A stretch of 64,000 bases of DNA. It comes from Candidatus Cloacimonadota bacterium. Its GTDB lineage: Bacteria; Cloacimonadota; Cloacimonadia; Cloacimonadales; WRIO01. The notes beneath the pieces were generated by a model. The model was given only the letters and a program-made list of their open reading frames with translations. It had not been told where the DNA came from and made no database searches. The stretch's first letter is position 1. Every line of letters starts with the position of its first letter. Shown here piece by piece: positions 59,068-64,000 of the stretch. The translations under genes and the position numbers were made by a program. The stretch is taken from positions 97,954-161,953 of the forward strand of contig WRLO01000001.1 of NCBI GenBank assembly GCA_009777575.1. The letters run 5' to 3'.

Positions 59068-59391
59068 AATTTCCTCCCATATTTAGTATCTATAATCATG
59101 AAAATATATTTTTTTTTATCCAATATTTTTTTTTTAACTTTTTTGTCAAGGTTATTGACTGAATATCATTTTTACCTAAATATACATAGCGATAATAAGG
59201 AGATGAGAAATTTCAATTACAGTCTGGAAAAATTTCTATGAGAGGCATTTTGAAGACTGATAACATAATGAATGTTGACAAAATAAACCCTTTGAAAAAA
59301 ATGGAATTATATAGTGGTTTCATTGGACATTAAAACTATTGCAGGGTTAGGCAATGCAATAATGTCGCACAAAAAAATAAAAGAGGTAATT

Positions 59392-61998
59392 ATGAAATAC
59401 TTTTTTTTAGTATTGATTTTGTTTCTATCTGTTAACACCATGTTATATTGTGTTATTGATAAATACGAAATGTCAGCTATAGCTGAAATGATGGAAAGTG
59501 TCGGTATGACATTGGATGATGTGAATTTTGCAAAAAGTTGGTCTCCGTCTGCATTTACGATACCTATAATGCAGACTTGCCTTGATACGCCTTGGGCATT
59601 TCCAGAATTTGTAGCTGAAATAAAAGAAGAGGTGTTGAAAAGAGAATTTGCCAGTTTTTATAATTATATCACAGATATTGTGTATAAAAATTATTTAAGC
59701 GAGTCAATGGAAAATGGAAATGATATTTATTTAGAGCAAACATATCTAGATGAATTAGATTTAAGATTTTCAAACATAAGAAGACCCCGCGAAATAATGA
59801 AATATGCAGAATTTGTATATGAAATGTCGCAAAATTATCTAAAACAAAGCTTTCAGAACTTGACGCCTGAAGAAATTGAATATATAAGAAAATTTCTCTA
59901 TTCAAACACTGTTGGTGGTAGTGAAGATGCAGAAAGTTATGACTTTATAAATGAGATTATTGATTTACCAGAGATAGAAAATTATCTACAATTTCACATA
60001 GACTTAATAAATAAAATTGATTTTACATCCCTCGTTTTATCTGGTAGATACTTCTATGCTGGGATGGAAAAATTTTATCAAAACCGTCTTCATTCTGATA
60101 AAGAAATAGTAGGTAATCTTTTTTCAAATATTTCTTTCAATAAGCCAGTGAGATACAAGTCAAAATTCGGTATGATGATTGTAGGAACAACTGGAAATGA
60201 TGTTTATGGAAGCTCGCAATCGCTCGATGATGATTATGTATTTATCTTTGACCCGGGTGGTAATGACACATATACATTAAATATGTCAACTGATATGCAT
60301 CGCCCATTTTTGGCGATAATAGACCAATCAGGTGATGATATATACCGCAATGCACAATTTGGTCAATTTTTTAATGCGTTATTTGGAAATATATTTCATT
60401 TTGATGGTGGCGGAAATGACCATTATTTTGGAGGAGATTTAGCTTTTTCAGGAAATCTTGGAAGTATGATTTCTATAGATTTTCAAGGTTGGGATAGCTA
60501 TATAGTAGGCTCAAGATCATTAGGTTCTGGCCATTTGGGTGTGGGTATAGTTGTAAATATAGGAGGTAATGACTATTATTATGGCACTATGTTTACGCAA
60601 GGAATGGGTGGAACGCTTGGTTTTGGTGCGTTAATTGATTTAAAAGATGGAATATGGAACAATGATTGTTATCATGCGGGTGGGAAATGGACTGATAGTC
60701 TCCGAGATCAAAGTGATTATTATGCAATGGCTCAAGGTTTTGGTTTTGGTCTAAGACCTAGTATAGCAGGTGGAATAGGATTATTATTTGATGAAAGCGG
60801 AAATGACAAATATAATGGGGGAGTATTCTCACAAGGAGTATCATATTGGTATGCAATGGGAATATTAATAGATTTAGAAGGAAACGACTTTTACAATTCA
60901 GCATGGTATCCTCAAGGCAGTGGAATACATTTGTCAGTTGGCTTTCTTTATGACGAGTCTGGCGATGATCATTATTTCTCAAAAAGAGGGCCAGGACAAG
61001 GAGCTGGACATGATTGGGGAGTAGGTTTTCTTGTAGACCGTGGTGGGAATGATACTTATAGCGTTGATGGCGGCAATGGAATGGGTAGAGCAAATTCTGT
61101 TGGAGTATTTGTTGATAGTGGTGGAAATGATAGGTATGAACGGATAGGATACTCAAATTATGGAAGTTCACACCATAATTTTGAAGATAGAGGTTCTGGG
61201 AATATTGGAATTTTTTTAGATGCAGGAGGGCATGATATCTATTCTGACCCTAAATGCGGTAATAATGCTCAATGGGTAGAAGGTGTTTATGGAATAGGTA
61301 GGGATATGGAACTTGAGCGTCCTTCTATCGAAAAAGCAATTTCAGAGGTTATCGAAATAAATGATTTAGTATCAGAAGAAGAAAATCTGTTTCCAGAGGA
61401 CATCTCGATTCATGATTTATTTATGCTTGCTTGTCATGGTAGACACCCAACCAATACGAGGGCAAAAGAACTTCTAACAGAAAGAGAGGCAGAATTTGCA
61501 GACTATTTTATGGAACATCAGTTGCAATCAAATGATATAATGGTTCAAATTACTATAGCTGAAATTATACCAAAATTCAAACTAATTCATGAAAGATTAG
61601 GTGAGGGATTAAGTAGAGAAAATACTGTAGCTATATCAAATACAATATTTTATATAGGTTTGATAGGTGAAGTATCCTACCTAGATACTTTTGAAGAAAT
61701 GCTTAATGATGAAAAAAGTGTGAGATTTACAAATTCTATCATTCAATCTCTAGGTAGAATGAATATGAATTCATCATCAGATTTGGAAAATGATACAAAT
61801 AGAAATGAATATGTAAAAAGAATCATCGACCTTATCGCACCTTTTATAAATCACGAAAGCGCATATAGAAGAACAATTGCTGCCCGTGCTTTAAAAAACA
61901 TAAACACTTCTGAAAGTCTTGATTTATTATTTTCAATGAGAAACGATTCTGATTTTATGATTAGATCTATGATAATTATGATGGAGAAAGATGATTAG
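59392..61998 (+). CDS. Secreted protein with Gly/Asp-rich (DxxGND.Y) repeats and C-terminal HEAT-like repeats
   Basis: Signal peptide MKYFFLVLIL after SD GAGG; more than 10 G[ND]DxY repeats; RRTIAARAL / DSDFMIR helical C-terminus. Confidence 0.78.
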   Translation: MKYFFLVLILFLSVNTMLYCVIDKYEMSAIAEMMESVGMTLDDVNFAKSWSPSAFTIPIMQTCLDTPWAFPEFVAEIKEEVLKREFASFYNYITDIVYKNYLSESMENGNDIYLEQTYLDELDLRFSNIRRPREIMKYAEFVYEMSQNYLKQSFQNLTPEEIEYIRKFLYSNTVGGSEDAESYDFINEIIDLPEIENYLQFHIDLINKIDFTSLVLSGRYFYAGMEKFYQNRLHSDKEIVGNLFSNISFNKPVRYKSKFGMMIVGTTGNDVYGSSQSLDDDYVFIFDPGGNDTYTLNMSTDMHRPFLAIIDQSGDDIYRNAQFGQFFNALFGNIFHFDGGGNDHYFGGDLAFSGNLGSMISIDFQGWDSYIVGSRSLGSGHLGVGIVVNIGGNDYYYGTMFTQGMGGTLGFGALIDLKDGIWNNDCYHAGGKWTDSLRDQSDYYAMAQGFGFGLRPSIAGGIGLLFDESGNDKYNGGVFSQGVSYWYAMGILIDLEGNDFYNSAWYPQGSGIHLSVGFLYDESGDDHYFSKRGPGQGAGHDWGVGFLVDRGGNDTYSVDGGNGMGRANSVGVFVDSGGNDRYERIGYSNYGSSHHNFEDRGSGNIGIFLDAGGHDIYSDPKCGNNAQWVEGVYGIGRDMELERPSIEKAISEVIEINDLVSEEENLFPEDISIHDLFMLACHGRHPTNTRAKELLTEREAEFADYFMEHQLQSNDIMVQITIAEIIPKFKLIHERLGEGLSRENTVAISNTIFYIGLIGEVSYLDTFEEMLNDEKSVRFTNSIIQSLGRMNMNSSSDLENDTNRNEYVKRIIDLIAPFINHESAYRRTIAARALKNINTSESLDLLFSMRNDSDFMIRSMIIMMEKDD

Positions 61999-62048
61999 TT
62001 AGATAAAACTTCTTTTCAAGTGACAGAGGTGATACTAAACCTCGTTTA

Positions 62049-62364
62049 GAGAGTAGCGTCAGATTTCCATCTGACGATTGATATACATACTCGAATTAGA
62101 GAGTAGCGTCAGATTTCCATCTGACGATTGATATACATACTCGAACTAGAAAGTAGCGTCAGATTTCCATCTGACGATTGATATACATACTCGAACTAGA
62201 AAGTTAGAGTTACATTTAAACAGAGTAGCGTCAGATTTCCATCTGACGATTGATATACATACTCGAACTAGAAAGTTAGAGTTACATTTAAACAGAGTAG
62301 CGTCAGATTTCCATCTGACGATTGATATATATACTCGAACTAGAAAGTTAGAGTTACATTTAAA
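62049..62364. repeat. Tandem array of 5 REP/BIME-like palindromic units
   Basis: GTAG-CGTCAGAT-TTCC-ATCTGACG at 62053, 62103, 62153, 62225, 62297 (periods 50, 50, 72, 72) with near-invariant linkers. Confidence 0.95.
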
Positions 62365-62522
62365 CCAGGAATAGTGTAAGATATATTATTCTGATGAATA
62401 AAAATTAAGAATAGTATTATCAAAAAATAGTTGACATAAAACCCTCATTTAAAATCATGGCATTTATAGAAAAAAATAGGCGATAATGTTAATAAATCGT
62501 CCAGATTATTGAGGATATAAAA

Positions 62523-64000
62523 ATGGGAATAACTACAGAGAGCATAGTTTTCGTAAGTGCAGTTTTATTGTTTTTATCAATAATAGCTGGTAAGACTGGT
62601 TATCGTTTTGGGATGCCTACTCTTTTATTCTTTCTTGTTGTGGGTATTTTTGCTGGCTCAGAAGGTCCAAACTGGTTTTTGCAAATATCATTTAATAATT
62701 ATAATACAGCTCAATTTATTGGTATAGTAGCATTAAATTTTATCCTATTTTCGGGTGGTCTTTCGACAAAATGGCAGGAAACAAAACCAATTTTTTTGCA
62801 AGGATTGTCTTTAGCAACTATAGGAGTGATTTTAACTGCTGGTATAACAGGGTGCTTATTCTATTATTTAGGAGTTTTTATCCCTTCATTTCCTCAGTTT
62901 AGCTTTCTTGAATCGCTATTATTTGGAGCGATAGTATCTTCAACTGATGCAGCAGCAGTTTTTTCGGTATTGAGATCAAAAAAACTGGGTTTAAAAAACA
63001 ATCTAAAACCTTTGCTCGAATTTGAAAGCGGTAGCAATGATCCTATGGCTTATATCTTGACGATAACTTGTATATCTTTGATAACAGCAGCAAGAGTAGA
63101 TTTAGGAAATACAATAATACGATTTATTACGCAATTAATACTTGGTTTAGGTTTCGGTTTTGGTTGGGGGAGACTCTCACAACACATAATGAATCATATC
63201 AAGCTTGATTATGAAGGCTTATATTTTGTCTTAGTCATAGCTATCATGTTTTTCTCTTTTAGTATAGCCCATATTATAGGTGGTAATGGCTTTTTATCAG
63301 TGTATATTACAGGACTTACTCTCGGAAATTTAAATTTTATGCATAGAAATTCTGTTTTAAAAGTATTTGATGGATTTGCATGGTTGATGCAGATAGTTCT
63401 ATTTTTGACATTAGGATTATTGGTCGTGCCTAGTCAGCTAAAAATGTTAATAGGCGTGGGATTAATCATATCTTTATTTGTTATTATCTTTGCTCGTCCA
63501 TTCGCAGTATTCACCAGTCTCGTTTTTTTCAAACTAAAAAAAATGTCCATAATAGACCGTTTATTTGTTTCTTGGGTAGGATTAAAAGGAGCTGTGCCAA
63601 TTGTTTTTGCAACTTACCCAATGATAGAAGCCAATTTTAACCCTTATGTATCTCAAACTATTTTTAATCTTGTTTTTTTTATATCCAGTATTTCTTTGAT
63701 AGTTCAAGGAACTACAATTCCATTAGTAGCAAAATTTTTAAAAGTAGATGAACCAATGGAAGATGAAGTAGGAATATTGGAAAGATTTATTGATGACGAT
63801 AAAACTGTCTTGAAAGAAGTAAAAATTACTAAAAAATCAATTGTTATAGATAGAGCTTTACATGAACTTGATTTGCCAAAAAATATCATTATTGCGATGA
63901 TATCCAGGAATAAAAAATTCATTATTCCAGATGGAGCAACAAAATTATTGGAAAATGATAGAATAAAAATATTGGCAGAAGATAAAGAAAGTATGGAAGC
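62523..64000 (+). CDS. cvrA: Potassium/proton antiporter (CPA1, CvrA/NhaP2), partial
   Basis: MGITTESIVF...GMPTLL...GSEG, ILFSGG, SSTDAAAVFSVLRS, LEFESGSNDPMA, WVGLKGAVPIVFAT; runs off the window end. Confidence 0.92.
   Translation, partial: MGITTESIVFVSAVLLFLSIIAGKTGYRFGMPTLLFFLVVGIFAGSEGPNWFLQISFNNYNTAQFIGIVALNFILFSGGLSTKWQETKPIFLQGLSLATIGVILTAGITGCLFYYLGVFIPSFPQFSFLESLLFGAIVSSTDAAAVFSVLRSKKLGLKNNLKPLLEFESGSNDPMAYILTITCISLITAARVDLGNTIIRFITQLILGLGFGFGWGRLSQHIMNHIKLDYEGLYFVLVIAIMFFSFSIAHIIGGNGFLSVYITGLTLGNLNFMHRNSVLKVFDGFAWLMQIVLFLTLGLLVVPSQLKMLIGVGLIISLFVIIFARPFAVFTSLVFFKLKKMSIIDRLFVSWVGLKGAVPIVFATYPMIEANFNPYVSQTIFNLVFFISSISLIVQGTTIPLVAKFLKVDEPMEDEVGILERFIDDDKTVLKEVKITKKSIVIDRALHELDLPKNIIIAMISRNKKFIIPDGATKLLENDRIKILAEDKESME

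Noticed and set aside
62049-62364. CRISPR array
   Set aside because: The sequences between the palindromes are essentially identical rather than unique spacers, periods are 50 and 72, and no cas genes are in the window
5444-63922. Numerous 60-180 aa antisense or overlapping ORFs in the ORF track
   Set aside because: They lie opposite or within well-supported genes, lack SD sequences and motifs, and look like shadow ORFs
1-64000. tRNA/rRNA genes, prophage, alternative genetic code
   Set aside because: No cloverleaf or rRNA-like GC-rich stretches and no phage genes were seen; TGA, TAA and TAG all act as stops at the expected ends of conserved proteins

Overview
Very AT-rich bacterial chromosome segment, mostly housekeeping. 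Several secreted proteins end in FlgD/T9SS-type C-terminal domains (NFPNPFNP...GVYxY...KRMxLLK), which suggests Cloacimonadota or a related FCB-group anaerobe; this assignment is inference. Gene order: ymdB-folD, a large lipoprotein, an orphan RND pump, infC-rpmI-rplT-pheS-pheT-zapB-like-zapA-6S RNA-rny, and an IS5 remnant. A minus-strand block follows (mutS, GT9, alaS, a small defence islet with split ATPase, MTase, nuclease, small ORFs and MNT, then ettA and a ThiS-ferredoxin-AOR operon). After that come panD-panC-lysC-RR-metG-spoIID-miaB-folA, yhaM-MBL-MATE, a duplicated M6 protease locus, M42-murI-M29-like-pyrG-dapB, a TPR protein, a Gly/Asp-repeat protein and cvrA. No tRNA, rRNA or CRISPR array was seen. 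The most notable unexplained signals are: (1) a recurrent intergenic motif TT(G/T)ACA-N21-TG(G/T) without a TATAAT box at 11 sites; (2) several REP-like palindrome families, including a 5-unit tandem array and copies that appear inserted in-frame in essential enzymes (LysC, MetG); (3) a duplicated promoter plus signal-peptide cassette driving a stand-alone M6 N-terminal domain and a full M6 protease; (4) an IS5 fragment bounded by an apparent cryptic internal end. All calls come from reading the sequence by eye; no searches were run.
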